From positions 32,001 through 96,000 of the forward strand of contig JBCCHT010000015.1 in NCBI GenBank assembly GCA_039028615.1: a stretch of DNA of 64,000 nt, in the 5' to 3' direction. Within the stretch, counting starts at the first letter, position 1; each line of letters starts with the position of its first letter. This stretch comes from Myxococcota bacterium (lineage in GTDB: Bacteria; Myxococcota_A; Polyangia; Nannocystales; Nannocystaceae). The position numbers and the translations under genes were made by a program. A model generated the notes under the pieces. The model did no database searches and was not told where the DNA came from. It saw only the letters and a program-made list of their open reading frames with translations. Below, one piece after another: positions 10,401 to 19,134 of this stretch.

Positions 10401-10833
10401 GGTCAGCGCGGGCGCTGGGGTGAAGGTGGGGGCCAAGACGGCCGTGGGCATGTGCCTCAAGGCGGCGTCGGGGGGCGGTCCCACCGTCCAAGGGCAGACG
10501 CGCTGGGAGGGCGTGGTGCTCTACTCGACGTACTACTACAAGGCCGGCCTCAAGATCGGGTGGTTCTCCAAGCACAAGGACCACACCACGGAAAAATCGT
10601 TGGTGGTGGCCAAGGCTCGCTACTGGCCCAAGGCCCCGGCGGCGAAGGCCAAGGGCGAGCCGAGCGCGGAGCCGGCCGACGCTTCGTCCTTCCCGAAGCA
10701 ACCCTTCGACATCTTCAGCGGGACGGGGACCCGCGGCGAAGAGGTCGATCTCGACGCGGAGGCGCTGGCCGAACAAGCCCGCAAGCCCACTCCGAAGAAG
10801 AAGAAAAAGAAGAAGCGCTTCGGCTTCGGGTGA
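7483..10833 (+). CDS. Large signal-less protein with Ala/Pro/Lys/Glu repeats, two Ig/cadherin-like domains and a Gly/hydrophobic beta-rich C-terminal region; putative secreted effector
   Basis: Long ORF (track 7297..10833; GTG 7483 after ggag chosen); Ig-like segments ITWSLVYGPDGMKVDSSTGEVTW and PIDFEVSGHPRG...ITW; C-terminal PKKKKKKKRFGFG. Confidence 0.7.
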   Translation: MSSSVNKVEEATEVEAAPAKSAEATEPADAPDPVEAAEPAEATEPAEEAKPAVAATLATAAVAAGTAAAVAVAVRPAKAARPVRVAETGKPAEAASPATPTEASTQGKRAESPKPAEPVGSSTRGKPAESGKAAESVEPSKQGKRGESAKPAESVESSTQGKSADAAKSVESPEPAAQEKSAEASTQAKQGDSTKSTKPAKPAGSVAQAKSLDSATAAERVEQTKPTEPAAQVKSAGVAETAEPAEQAKPAGSAKPAEPAKQAKSAGSDKPAKQGDPKRSAVAATRATSTRAAAPAEQPKSTAVANTHRPTKPPPPPPRPSPSAKRARPAKPPPPARPARPIIVPLRPATIDEGELLSVTPRLGRGSGEITWSLVYGPDGMKVDSSTGEVTWVATASKDPVEAKVQAEGPGGQSRTAFTITVVCPVVLQPIADVTLHEGERLSTVITLTKGTGPIDFEVSGHPRGTYIALPERRITWKASTAASPITFKVVAKGPTGTAEESFRVTVVPRDEVTSCATERRPRPKKAELQCCDFQLKLNCGHVGEQENIKSSPRGYTMKFPPTGTAVPNEKRASARSADDLKKFVVGEETRYPVYQVLAGRARDKADTVTCTVEHESGCVDGEPYSVCVLRKGQSSSLETLSWTELRSKPTEAEEYGLVATAEAEFSNAPLQGEWRALTRYNPFRWRSLPRSQWDVAVVDEGGSIVRRDGQPLRVTVEACSNITWVIAVTFSRSFGVWQGAKVTGLPGIDPGGFQVESTTTPADPDNPDDLVTPAVPEQIRSDWGWVLTGKAQVSYDHYTHRFEARLLENLQNSLGFLSVLDSAFSFLNTALSFAPFVKGRVRKPSLSLDFTASPYEQGGVGLVGYQGTLGLHAQPLFGAQFELNLLNMLLLAFPATAPSVAILRALKYGVGVKGIARVKADIGVYLIVGGEIGLDLSWTYQQPDGWSASGMIDASVDFKIEGRIEAELHVLVVSAGAGVKVGAKTAVGMCLKAASGGGPTVQGQTRWEGVVLYSTYYYKAGLKIGWFSKHKDHTTEKSLVVAKARYWPKAPAAKAKGEPSAEPADASSFPKQPFDIFSGTGTRGEEVDLDAEALAEQARKPTPKKKKKKKRFGFG
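7747..8016 (+). repeat. Degenerate 54-bp (18-aa) intragenic tandem repeat, about 5 units
   Basis: GK-starting units at 7747, 7801, 7855, 7909 and 7963, e.g. GKRAESPKPAEPVGSSTR / GKPAESGKAAESVEPSKQ / GKRGESAKPAESVESSTQ. Confidence 0.75.
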
Positions 10834-10841
10834 TCGCAATC

Positions 10842-11789
10842 ATGACCATCGAACTCGCCGATCAGCCCGTGTTCAAGCTCGGCATCGATGCTGGGTCCTG
10901 CCGCTTCGAGGTCCGTCTGAACGACGTGCCCATCCTGGCCAGCGACGTGGCGCTACCCTACGACGTGGAGTTTCCGGTGAGCGAGTGGATCGTCCATGGG
11001 CCCAATCGGTTGGCGGCCGTGGTCGAGCCACCGCCCGTGTTCGACGACGACGGCGAGGAGCTGGAGGCGCTCGAGCGCTTCGAGCCGAAGCAGAGCGCCT
11101 TGCGGCTGACGTTGTCGGTCAAGCGCAACGGGGCTCCTGCGGATCAGCGACAGACGATGACGACCCTCGAGTTCGCGGCGCGGACCGGGGTGGCCCGCCG
11201 CGACGACGTGGAACGGGCGATCGAGAGCAGCGCGGAGGGGGGTCGTCTGGACTCGACCCGGGGCTTCGTGCGCGATGATGCCCAGTGGGACGTGATCGTC
11301 TCTGGGGTCGACTTCGAGGTCGACGACGAGCCTCCGCACGGCGTGTTCATGCGCCGCGACATCGGGATGGCATCACCCTTTCCCCAGTGGGCGTGGCTCG
11401 GCGGCGAGAGCATCACCGATGACGACGCTACCCGGATCGCGCTGCTGGCCGAGTACCGGCGGGTCTGGGGGCTCCTGCAGGCGCGGAACGTGGCCGCCGT
11501 CGAGCAGCTGTTCTCGCTCAAGGCCACCGAATATCGAGCGGCCTACTACCTGGACGACGACCAGCTGAGGGATGCTCTGCCGGTCGTCGACCTCATGCAG
11601 GCCGATGAGCTGACGCTGCAGCCCTTCGAGACCGACGTGGAGCTCGAGGTGTTCGGCGACGGTCGGCTCGCTCGGCTCGTCGACGACGAGGGCGACTCGC
11701 CGATCCTGATGCTGAGTGCGGACGGCGTGGCCTACTACGTCGGGCTGACCTATTGCCGCATCGACGGTCGCTGGCAGCTCGTGCGCTGA
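10842..11789 (+). CDS. Acidic hypothetical protein, candidate immunity partner of the upstream gene
   Basis: ATG 8 bp after the upstream stop; CRFEVRLNDVPI...EWIVHGPNRL...YCRIDGRWQLVR; no signal peptide. Confidence 0.65.
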   Translation: MTIELADQPVFKLGIDAGSCRFEVRLNDVPILASDVALPYDVEFPVSEWIVHGPNRLAAVVEPPPVFDDDGEELEALERFEPKQSALRLTLSVKRNGAPADQRQTMTTLEFAARTGVARRDDVERAIESSAEGGRLDSTRGFVRDDAQWDVIVSGVDFEVDDEPPHGVFMRRDIGMASPFPQWAWLGGESITDDDATRIALLAEYRRVWGLLQARNVAAVEQLFSLKATEYRAAYYLDDDQLRDALPVVDLMQADELTLQPFETDVELEVFGDGRLARLVDDEGDSPILMLSADGVAYYVGLTYCRIDGRWQLVR

Positions 11790-11903
11790 GCCGGGCGCCA
11801 TGCGGCGATCACCTGTCGCCCACGACACGACGCACGAGGGCGGCGCGTGCACGTGCACGTCGCCGCCCTGCGTGAGTACCGAGGCCGAAGATCGGCCGAC
11901 GAC

Positions 11904-13490
11904 CTAGATGTTGCCGTCGATGTGGTCTTGGACGAACTGGTGGGCCAGCTGCGCGATCTGGTTGCCCAGGTCATGCCCGGCCGGCACGGCGTCGGGGAAG
12001 TGCACGCCGGCCCAGACGCGAGACTGGCCGCAATCGGCCTCGAACTCGGACCAGGTGGCAAAGGTGAGGTCCATCGGAGCCGCTGGCGTGGCCCCGGGCT
12101 CGATGAGCGAGCTTCCGGCCGGCGTGGGGACGACGTAGCCCAGCGCGTCGGAGCCCAGGAACAACCGCGACGCCTCGGCGTGCGCGGAGCAGAAGCTGGC
12201 CGATGCCGACGGGTACTCGGGGTGGTCGGCGCTCTGCATGTACGGGGACCACTCTTCGCCCGTGATGTCGTTGACCGTGCCCTGATAGCGACCGCCCCAG
12301 GCCATGATCTCCTCGTCCTCGTACAGCCATGCGATCGCGCTGAAGGGTCGGACCGCGTTCCACCGGGTCTTCTCCTGCCAGACCACGATGCCGGTGTCGA
12401 AGGCGGCGAGGTTGGTGAGGAAGTCGTAGTGGATGAACTCGAGCAGGCTCAGGCCCTGCACCTGCGACGCGAACACGGCCGAGAAACCGAGGCTGCGGAT
12501 CTTGTCGTCGAACAGCTCCGCCTTCATCTTCTGCTCGTCGGTGAGGTTGGCGGAGATCTCGAGGACCTCGTCGGCTTGGTCGCGGTAGGCCTGGCGACCG
12601 CCGGGGCCCTGCCGGTAGCTCTTGACCGGCTTGGGCGAAGAGAACGCCCCCGGGTTGTCGTAGCTATACGGCTCGGTCAACGCGTACTGCGGCGTGACGA
12701 ACTGCTGGACGCGGGTGATGCCGTAGCGGTTGCGCACGAGCTGCGGCTGCCACTTCCGCTTGTCCTTGAGCTTGAAGGCGGTGTTCTTGGGCTTGTAGCC
12801 GGTGTAGTCGGCGTACGGCTGCGGGTTGTACAGACGTCCGTCGTCGTAGCCGAGCTGGTTGAACCCGTCGTTCTCACGCGCCGCCACGACCGCATTGCCC
12901 GCCTTGTTGCCGAGGCCGATGGGGTCCGTCGTGCTCTCGTGGTCGTCGGTGGGATCGAGGCCGGCGTCCGCCAGGATCGCATCCCAGTTGGCCGCGTTCT
13001 GTGGCGCGAGACTGTTGAGGACCCGGTGCGAGGCGTAGAGCAGCGCGATGTTGATCTGCTCGTTCGTCAGCGACTCCTCTGCGGGTCGGCGCCCGAGGTC
13101 GGAGTACACCCCGACGGCGGTCGGGTGGTACGGCGCCGTGGCATCGAACCAGGAGTTGGTGATGAGCGTCGTCCAGCGCAGGACGATCGTCGCGTCGCCA
13201 GGGTTGACGTTGGAGAACAGCACCGGGACCACATTGGGGATGACCAACTCGATGGCGGCGTTGCCGTTCTCGAAGTCGAACGAACCCATCTGCATCGGAT
13301 CGGGCCGGGTAGTAAGGGCCGCCTCGTCCAGCGACGGCAGCGCCGAGTCTTTTTCCACCAGGTCGCTGGTGTCCGGCTGGTCGCCAGATTGATCGCAGCC
13401 GACGAAACCCAACGCGAGCGTGCTTGCCAGCAAGCCAGCTGTGTGAAGTTGGAAGCGCCGATTACGTTGACCCAGAGCTGTGTTTTTCAT
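11904..13490 (-). CDS. Vanadium-dependent haloperoxidase / PAP2-superfamily lipoprotein
   Basis: Motifs QEKTRWNAVRP (K-x6-RP), HPEYPSAS and SRVWAGVHF; lipobox-like LGFVGC after a hydrophobic stretch. Confidence 0.8.
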   Translation of the reverse strand: MKNTALGQRNRRFQLHTAGLLASTLALGFVGCDQSGDQPDTSDLVEKDSALPSLDEAALTTRPDPMQMGSFDFENGNAAIELVIPNVVPVLFSNVNPGDATIVLRWTTLITNSWFDATAPYHPTAVGVYSDLGRRPAEESLTNEQINIALLYASHRVLNSLAPQNAANWDAILADAGLDPTDDHESTTDPIGLGNKAGNAVVAARENDGFNQLGYDDGRLYNPQPYADYTGYKPKNTAFKLKDKRKWQPQLVRNRYGITRVQQFVTPQYALTEPYSYDNPGAFSSPKPVKSYRQGPGGRQAYRDQADEVLEISANLTDEQKMKAELFDDKIRSLGFSAVFASQVQGLSLLEFIHYDFLTNLAAFDTGIVVWQEKTRWNAVRPFSAIAWLYEDEEIMAWGGRYQGTVNDITGEEWSPYMQSADHPEYPSASASFCSAHAEASRLFLGSDALGYVVPTPAGSSLIEPGATPAAPMDLTFATWSEFEADCGQSRVWAGVHFPDAVPAGHDLGNQIAQLAHQFVQDHIDGNI

Positions 13491-13841
13491 TGCAGAATTT
13501 CCCCCTAGTAAAACCAGTATCAGTTCGTGCCACCGGACCGCAACGAGACACTTGGGTACTGGAGCCAACGCTGTTTGACCCAAGTATCGGACGCTGACCA
13601 TGGTCGAACGGCGCTTCGTGCCGCGGATCCCGGACGTGGTTCGGCCCATGGGCTGGGTGTGTTTCCCAACTCAGTGATTCCCCCACTCTTCGAATACAGG
13701 CGACGTCCGCTCATCCAAGTGCTCGCAAGCGCGCCGACTCGACTGACGAACACCTCGGTGCCGGCCGGAGTCTTCGTCGCGTCGGCACGGCCCGATCCGC
13801 TCACGGCACGAGAGCGGGCGCGCCCGCTATTCTCCGCGGCG

Positions 13842-14495
13842 ATGACCGACGAGCTGCAACATTACTATGCGCGTCGGGCAAGGGAGTACGAGCGCGTCTA
13901 CGCCAAGCCGGAGCGCCAGACGGATCTCGCAGCATTGACGACCTTGGTCCGCGAGTCACTCGCCGACCACGACGTACTGGAGCTGGCGTGCGGCACGGGA
14001 TGGTGGACCGAGCGCGTGGCGTCGGTCGTGCGGTCGCTGGTCGCATGCGACACCAGCGATGAGGTCCTCGAGGTCGCGGCGAGCAAGCGCTACCCCGACG
14101 GCCGAGTCACGCTGACGCACGCGGACGCGTACGAACTCGATACGATCGACGGGCGCTTCACCGCCACGCTGGCGGGGTTTTGGTGGTCGCACGTGCCTCG
14201 GCCCCGGCTGCCGCAGTTCATCGCGGGCCTGCATCGGCGACTCGAGCCGGGCGCCCGCGTGGTGTTCCTGGACAACCGATACGTCGAGGGCAGCAGCACA
14301 ACGATCGCCGAGCGCGACGACGCGGGCAACACGTACCAGCGACGCCGCCTCGACGACGGCTCCACGCATCGAGTGCTGAAGAACTTTCCGACCCGGGACG
14401 AGGTCACTGCCTTGTTGCGGGGACACGCGCAGCGGGTCGAGTTCATCGAGCTGCCGTACTTCTGGTGCCTGCGCTACGACGCCGTGGCCCGATGA
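13842..14495 (+). CDS. Class I SAM-dependent methyltransferase
   Basis: VLELACGTGWWT motif I; FWWSHVP. Confidence 0.85.
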   Translation: MTDELQHYYARRAREYERVYAKPERQTDLAALTTLVRESLADHDVLELACGTGWWTERVASVVRSLVACDTSDEVLEVAASKRYPDGRVTLTHADAYELDTIDGRFTATLAGFWWSHVPRPRLPQFIAGLHRRLEPGARVVFLDNRYVEGSSTTIAERDDAGNTYQRRRLDDGSTHRVLKNFPTRDEVTALLRGHAQRVEFIELPYFWCLRYDAVAR

Positions 14496-14553
14496 GCGAG
14501 TCATCGAGCGGCAGGGCGTCGGGCAGAATCCGACGCGGACGCGAAGCGCCGTT

Positions 14554-15927
14554 GTGGGCGGAATCGAATGTCGTTCGGTTGCCGGTTCCTTCGCTCCGAT
14601 AACCGCGATAGCGTCTGGTGTGGCCGATCCTGGTGACCTGCGCGCTCCCGGTACGAAGCTGGCGGCGGATGGAGCGACGCAATCGGTGGTCGGAAGGGTC
14701 ATCGCCCGGCGCTACACGATTCGCGGGGAGGTCGGCGTCGGAGGCATGGCGCGGGTGTTCCTCGCGACCGACACTCGGCTCAAGCGAGACGTCGCGGTCA
14801 AGATGATCCGGTCCGAGCTCGCAGACGATTCCGAGTCGTGCGCGGCGTTCATGCGAGAGGCGGAGCTCATGGCCAAGCTTCGCCACCCCAACGTGCTGGA
14901 GATCTATGACCTCGGGGTCTTCGAGGGCGTTCCGTTCCTGGTGATGCCGTACTTGCGCGGCCAGAACCTGTACGAGTGGTGCAAGGCCAACGGCGGCATG
15001 CCGGTGGAGACCGATGCGTTCGTCGGCATCATCGAGCAGGTGTGCCTAGGCGTGGGAGCGATGCATGCGTTGGGCTTGATCCACCATGACATCAAGCCGA
15101 CCAACATCTTGATCTCGGACGACTTCGACGTGACGTTGGTCGATCTGGGGCTCACCCTCTCCGTCGACGAGACGGTCGAAGACGGAGTCTTGGCCGGTAC
15201 GCCGGGGTTTCTCGCACCCGAGCTCGTCCTGGCCCAACCGGTGGAGCCGGAGCTCATCACTCGGTCCGATATCTACTCGCTCGGCGTGACGGCGTACTGG
15301 TTGCTCTGCGGCGAGGGGCCGACGGTGAGCGACTTCGAGGAGCTGGCTCGGTCCTACCCGTGGTCGATCCTGCCGCCGAGCGAGCTGCTGCCGTGCCTGT
15401 CGTCGATCTTCGATGGCCCGGTCCTCGCGGCGCTGGCCATGGACCCTGCGGAGCGGCCGACGGCGCCCGAGTTTCGCCGCCGCCTGCTCGAGGCTCGAGA
15501 GCGGTCGGGCTCTGCGGTCGTCGATGCACGTCGCCCGTTCGTCTTGATGGTGGACGACGACCCCATTGCGCTCGACTTCTTGGAGGAGATATTGCGCGAG
15601 GCGGTACCGGAGGCGCAGCTGATGGTGCTCCGCGATCCGAGGGCCGCGTTGGCCGTGATCGAGACGCAGCCGCTGGACCTGATCATTACGGACGTGGACA
15701 TGCCGCATATCAACGGGCTGGAGCTCACGGCTTCCGTCCGCGGCAACCCCTCCACCCGCACGACGCCGATCATGATCTACTCCGGCGTGGCGGACGAGGC
15801 CGAGTGGCGAGTGCTGGCATCCATGGAAGCGACCATGCTCCTCCGCAAGCCGGCGGACCCCGACGAGCTGTTTCGCCTCGTTCAGCAGCAGCTGCGGGCG
15901 CACGAGCCTGCGCTACAGCAGACGTAG
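14554..15927 (+). CDS. Ser/Thr protein kinase with C-terminal receiver (REC) domain
   Basis: GVGGMARV, VAVK, HHDIKPTN, DLG, GTPGFLAPE; REC motifs VDDD, ITDVDMP, KP. Start uncertain (14554 or 14620). Confidence 0.9.
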   Translation: MGGIECRSVAGSFAPITAIASGVADPGDLRAPGTKLAADGATQSVVGRVIARRYTIRGEVGVGGMARVFLATDTRLKRDVAVKMIRSELADDSESCAAFMREAELMAKLRHPNVLEIYDLGVFEGVPFLVMPYLRGQNLYEWCKANGGMPVETDAFVGIIEQVCLGVGAMHALGLIHHDIKPTNILISDDFDVTLVDLGLTLSVDETVEDGVLAGTPGFLAPELVLAQPVEPELITRSDIYSLGVTAYWLLCGEGPTVSDFEELARSYPWSILPPSELLPCLSSIFDGPVLAALAMDPAERPTAPEFRRRLLEARERSGSAVVDARRPFVLMVDDDPIALDFLEEILREAVPEAQLMVLRDPRAALAVIETQPLDLIITDVDMPHINGLELTASVRGNPSTRTTPIMIYSGVADEAEWRVLASMEATMLLRKPADPDELFRLVQQQLRAHEPALQQT

Positions 15928-15943
15928 GGCGCCACGCGGCGTG

Positions 15944-16627
15944 TCAGTCGCTGGGGGCGGGCATGTCGGCCGCGTCGAGGACTCGCTGCACTTCATCGAC
16001 GAGTGCCTGGAGGCGGCTCGGGACGTCGCCGTCCACGGCCTGCGCGAGCTCTCGGCCTACTCGCGAGGTCTCCGGGTAGCCGAAGCTCGAGCCGGTCCCC
16101 GCGAACTGATGCCCCAGTACCCGCGCCTCGCTCAACGCGGATGGAGCTCCGGCCTCGATCCGCTCGCTCACCTCGTGCATGCGCTGCAACCGATCGGGGA
16201 GGCCAGCGACGAACTTCGCCCGGATCCGACTCCGTGCCCGTGGGCTCAGCTTCCGCAGCGGCGGCCGCTTCAACAGGGCACGGATCGCCGATAGCAGCAC
16301 GGTCTCGTCGACGATGGGCTTGCTGACATAGGAGTCGAAGCCCATCGCCAGGAAACGCTCACGATCGTTTCGCATCGCGTGGGCGGTCAGTGCGATGACG
16401 GGCACGGAGGACAGAGACTCTTCGCGGCGGAGCTCTCGAAGGACCTCGGGACCGTCCATGGAGGGCAACGAGATGTCCATGAGCACCAGGTCCGGTGGTC
16501 GAGCCCGCATGCCCGCGAGTGCGGACGGCCCGTCTTCGTACTGCGCGACGATGAATTCTCGATCGAGAAGGGCGGCGAGGAGCACACGATTGCTCTCGTT
16601 GTCTTCGACGACCGCGATGCTCTTCAT
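15944..16627 (-). CDS. Response regulator receiver fused to an Hpt domain
   Basis: VVEDN, LMDISLPSMDG, LTA, SKP; Hpt-like GHQFAGTGSSFGY. Confidence 0.85.
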   Translation of the reverse strand: MKSIAVVEDNESNRVLLAALLDREFIVAQYEDGPSALAGMRARPPDLVLMDISLPSMDGPEVLRELRREESLSSVPVIALTAHAMRNDRERFLAMGFDSYVSKPIVDETVLLSAIRALLKRPPLRKLSPRARSRIRAKFVAGLPDRLQRMHEVSERIEAGAPSALSEARVLGHQFAGTGSSFGYPETSRVGRELAQAVDGDVPSRLQALVDEVQRVLDAADMPAPSD

Positions 16628-16782
16628 CGGCGTGATCTTAGCGTGGTGGTCGGCGCCGGGGCCTGCACGGATATGGAGCCCGGTCGCATCGATCCGTTCC
16701 ACAATTTTCCGAACACCGTTTCACCACGGGCATGGCCGGACCGGCGGTTGTGAGCCCGAGCGTTCTGTGCGATCGCTGAGTC

Positions 16783-18177
16783 TTGGTGGACCCGACCCCC
16801 CAGAGCCCAGAGCCCGGCACGGTCGGTCCGCGCTCGGGAGATACCGAGGAACTCGACCGTATTCGCCGATGGGTGCTCATCGGCGCGGCGGCACTCGTGG
16901 GCTTGGCGTCGTTTCTCGCCGCGATTCCCCGCGCACGCATCGAGGGCTCGGGAATGGTGGTCGGCCTGCTCGCCGTACTCACGCTCGTCTCGCTGGGGAT
17001 CGTGGTGATCGGCCGCAACGTGGAGTCGTTGCGATGGCCTTCGCTGCTGCTGTGCGGGTCCATCGCGGTCATCCTCGGCGTGATCCCGCTGGAGGTGGGC
17101 TTCTTCCCGGCTCCCGCGGTGCTCGCTTTGCCCATCGTGCCCGCGCTGGCCGGGTTGTTGCTCGGGGGTCGAGCGGGAGTGCTCTTTGGAGCCGTGCTGT
17201 GCGGGTTGGTGATGGCCCTTTCGGGCGTGCTTCCTTCACCGACCCGCGGCGACATGGACACGTTTCGCACGATGTTCGTCGTGGTCTCGTTCGTGGTGGT
17301 GCTGCTCATTCCCGGGGTGGTGGCGCTGTACGACTGGGCCCACGCTCGTAGCTCCGCGATGCGAGCGACGGCGCTGGCGGAGCTGCATGCGACCAACGCC
17401 ACGCTCGTGCAGGCGCGCAAGGAAGCGGAGGCGGCCAACGTCACCAAAAACGAGTTCCTCGCGAGGATGAGCCACGAGCTCCGGACTCCGCTCAACTCGA
17501 TCATCGGCTTCTCCAACATCTTGCTGAGCAACCGCGAGGGGCACTTCGATGATCGCGAGCAGGATTTCTCCCGGCGGATCCGCGACAGCGGCACGCACCT
17601 TCTGGCGCTCATCAACAACGTCCTCGACATCTCCAAGATCGAGACCGGGCACCTCGAGCTCGAGCTCGAACACGTGGACATCGAGCGCATGGTCCGGCAG
17701 ACGGTGGAGGAGCAGCGGGAGCGTGCCGAGGGCCGCGGCCTGTGGCTGCGCTACGAAGTCCAGGGCACGCTCCCCGAGGTGAGAGTCGACGGGCTGCGCA
17801 TGCGGCAGGTCCTCATCAACTTGGTGAGCAACGCCATCAAGTTCACCCGCGAAGGCGGGGTGCGCGTGCGGGTGGTGGCGGACGAGGACGACGCTCGTAT
17901 CGAGGTCATCGACACGGGGGTCGGTATCCCACGGGAGGAGCACTCGCTGATCTTCGAGCCGTTTCGTCAGGCCGACGCGACCACGGCTCGAGAGCACGGC
18001 GGCACTGGGCTGGGCCTGGCCATCGCTCGCGACCTCTGCGAGCGCATGGGGCTGCGACTGTGGGTGGTGAGCGAGCCCGGCGAAGGGTCGACATTCACCA
18101 TCGGTATTCCACTGTCCGCGGCTGGAGAGGACGAAGCGGACCCGGAATCCGAGTCTACATCGACGAAGATCGCATAG
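16783..18177 (+). CDS. Membrane sensor histidine kinase
   Basis: Several N-terminal hydrophobic helices; H-box MSHELRTPLN; NLVSNAIKFT, DTGVGI, GGTGLGL. Confidence 0.92.
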   Translation: MVDPTPQSPEPGTVGPRSGDTEELDRIRRWVLIGAAALVGLASFLAAIPRARIEGSGMVVGLLAVLTLVSLGIVVIGRNVESLRWPSLLLCGSIAVILGVIPLEVGFFPAPAVLALPIVPALAGLLLGGRAGVLFGAVLCGLVMALSGVLPSPTRGDMDTFRTMFVVVSFVVVLLIPGVVALYDWAHARSSAMRATALAELHATNATLVQARKEAEAANVTKNEFLARMSHELRTPLNSIIGFSNILLSNREGHFDDREQDFSRRIRDSGTHLLALINNVLDISKIETGHLELELEHVDIERMVRQTVEEQRERAEGRGLWLRYEVQGTLPEVRVDGLRMRQVLINLVSNAIKFTREGGVRVRVVADEDDARIEVIDTGVGIPREEHSLIFEPFRQADATTAREHGGTGLGLAIARDLCERMGLRLWVVSEPGEGSTFTIGIPLSAAGEDEADPESESTSTKIA

Positions 18178-18759
18178 CAGGGGAGGGGGCCGTCCGTCGT
18201 TCGAGCAGTCCTCGGCGCCCTTCGACCCCGCCCCTCTTGCGATGGACGTGGGGACGTCGTCAATGACTCTGCCATCGAGGCGTTCGGGCGAGCAGAGGCC
18301 CTTGGTCGTCGTGTGAACGACGAGGGCCTGCAACCTCGCGAGTGCAGGAACAGCACGAGTCGGGCTGCCAAATTGGCCGAGGGCATTCGGGCGGTCACGA
18401 AGTCCGACTGGGAGTACGAAGCGCTCGCGGATGTGCTCGGTCCCGCGCAGTGAGTCGCCGATCGCGGCCAGGCTTCGTACCGTCGCAACGCTCCTTCGTC
18501 GAAGACGCGCGTTCTGACGGTGCGATTGGAGGGCTAGAGCGAGGTCCCTGACCAGCCCTCAACGGCGAGCACGGCGCTACGAGAAAAAACGACGATCGAT
18601 GAAAGGGCCGGGGGTCGTTCGGTACACCCCCCACGAGCTCGTTCGACCCAGGGGATGTCGCCCCTTTGGCGGGTCCTTTCGTCGACGGTTGCTCGGGAGC
18701 ATGGGCGGGGGGCCGCGCCATGCGGCGACGACTCTTCGACCTCGATTGGCAGAGGTGTC

Positions 18760-19134
18760 ATGTTCGTACTGCGTAGTGCACAGCTCGATACCCTCATCGA
18801 TCCCCCTTTGGTGATGTTCGCGGAGCGCTTGATTGCGTTCTTCTCCCGCGAGCACGGCTGGCTTCTGTCGCAAGTGCCAGAGGACGAGCGGGTGGAGCGA
18901 ATCGCGAGGGCGGTTCGGGTGGCGCTCGATGGGGGGATCGAGACGGAGTGGGATCTCTGTCGCTTCGTCATCCTGGAGCTCCAGTTGGGCACGACCTTGG
19001 GGCGCCCCGAAGGGCCCGCGTGGGCCTTGAAGATCCTCGGCGATGAAGAGAACACGGGCGCGGGAAAGGCCGACGCCCTCGAGTATCACTACCAGCACGT
19101 GCTGGATCATGGCCCCCAAAGGCAGGCCGTTTAG
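18760..19134 (+). CDS. Small helical protein, paralog of 7013..7459; putative effector adaptor/chaperone
   Basis: RBS gaggt; MFVLRSAQLDTL...FAERL...GIETEWDLCRFV...PAWALKIL; its stop abuts the next ATG. Confidence 0.7.
   Translation: MFVLRSAQLDTLIDPPLVMFAERLIAFFSREHGWLLSQVPEDERVERIARAVRVALDGGIETEWDLCRFVILELQLGTTLGRPEGPAWALKILGDEENTGAGKADALEYHYQHVLDHGPQRQAV

Noticed and set aside
7011..10839. Long minus-strand ORFs 7011..8594 and 8518..10839
   Set aside because: Antisense shadows typical of high-GC genes; no motifs
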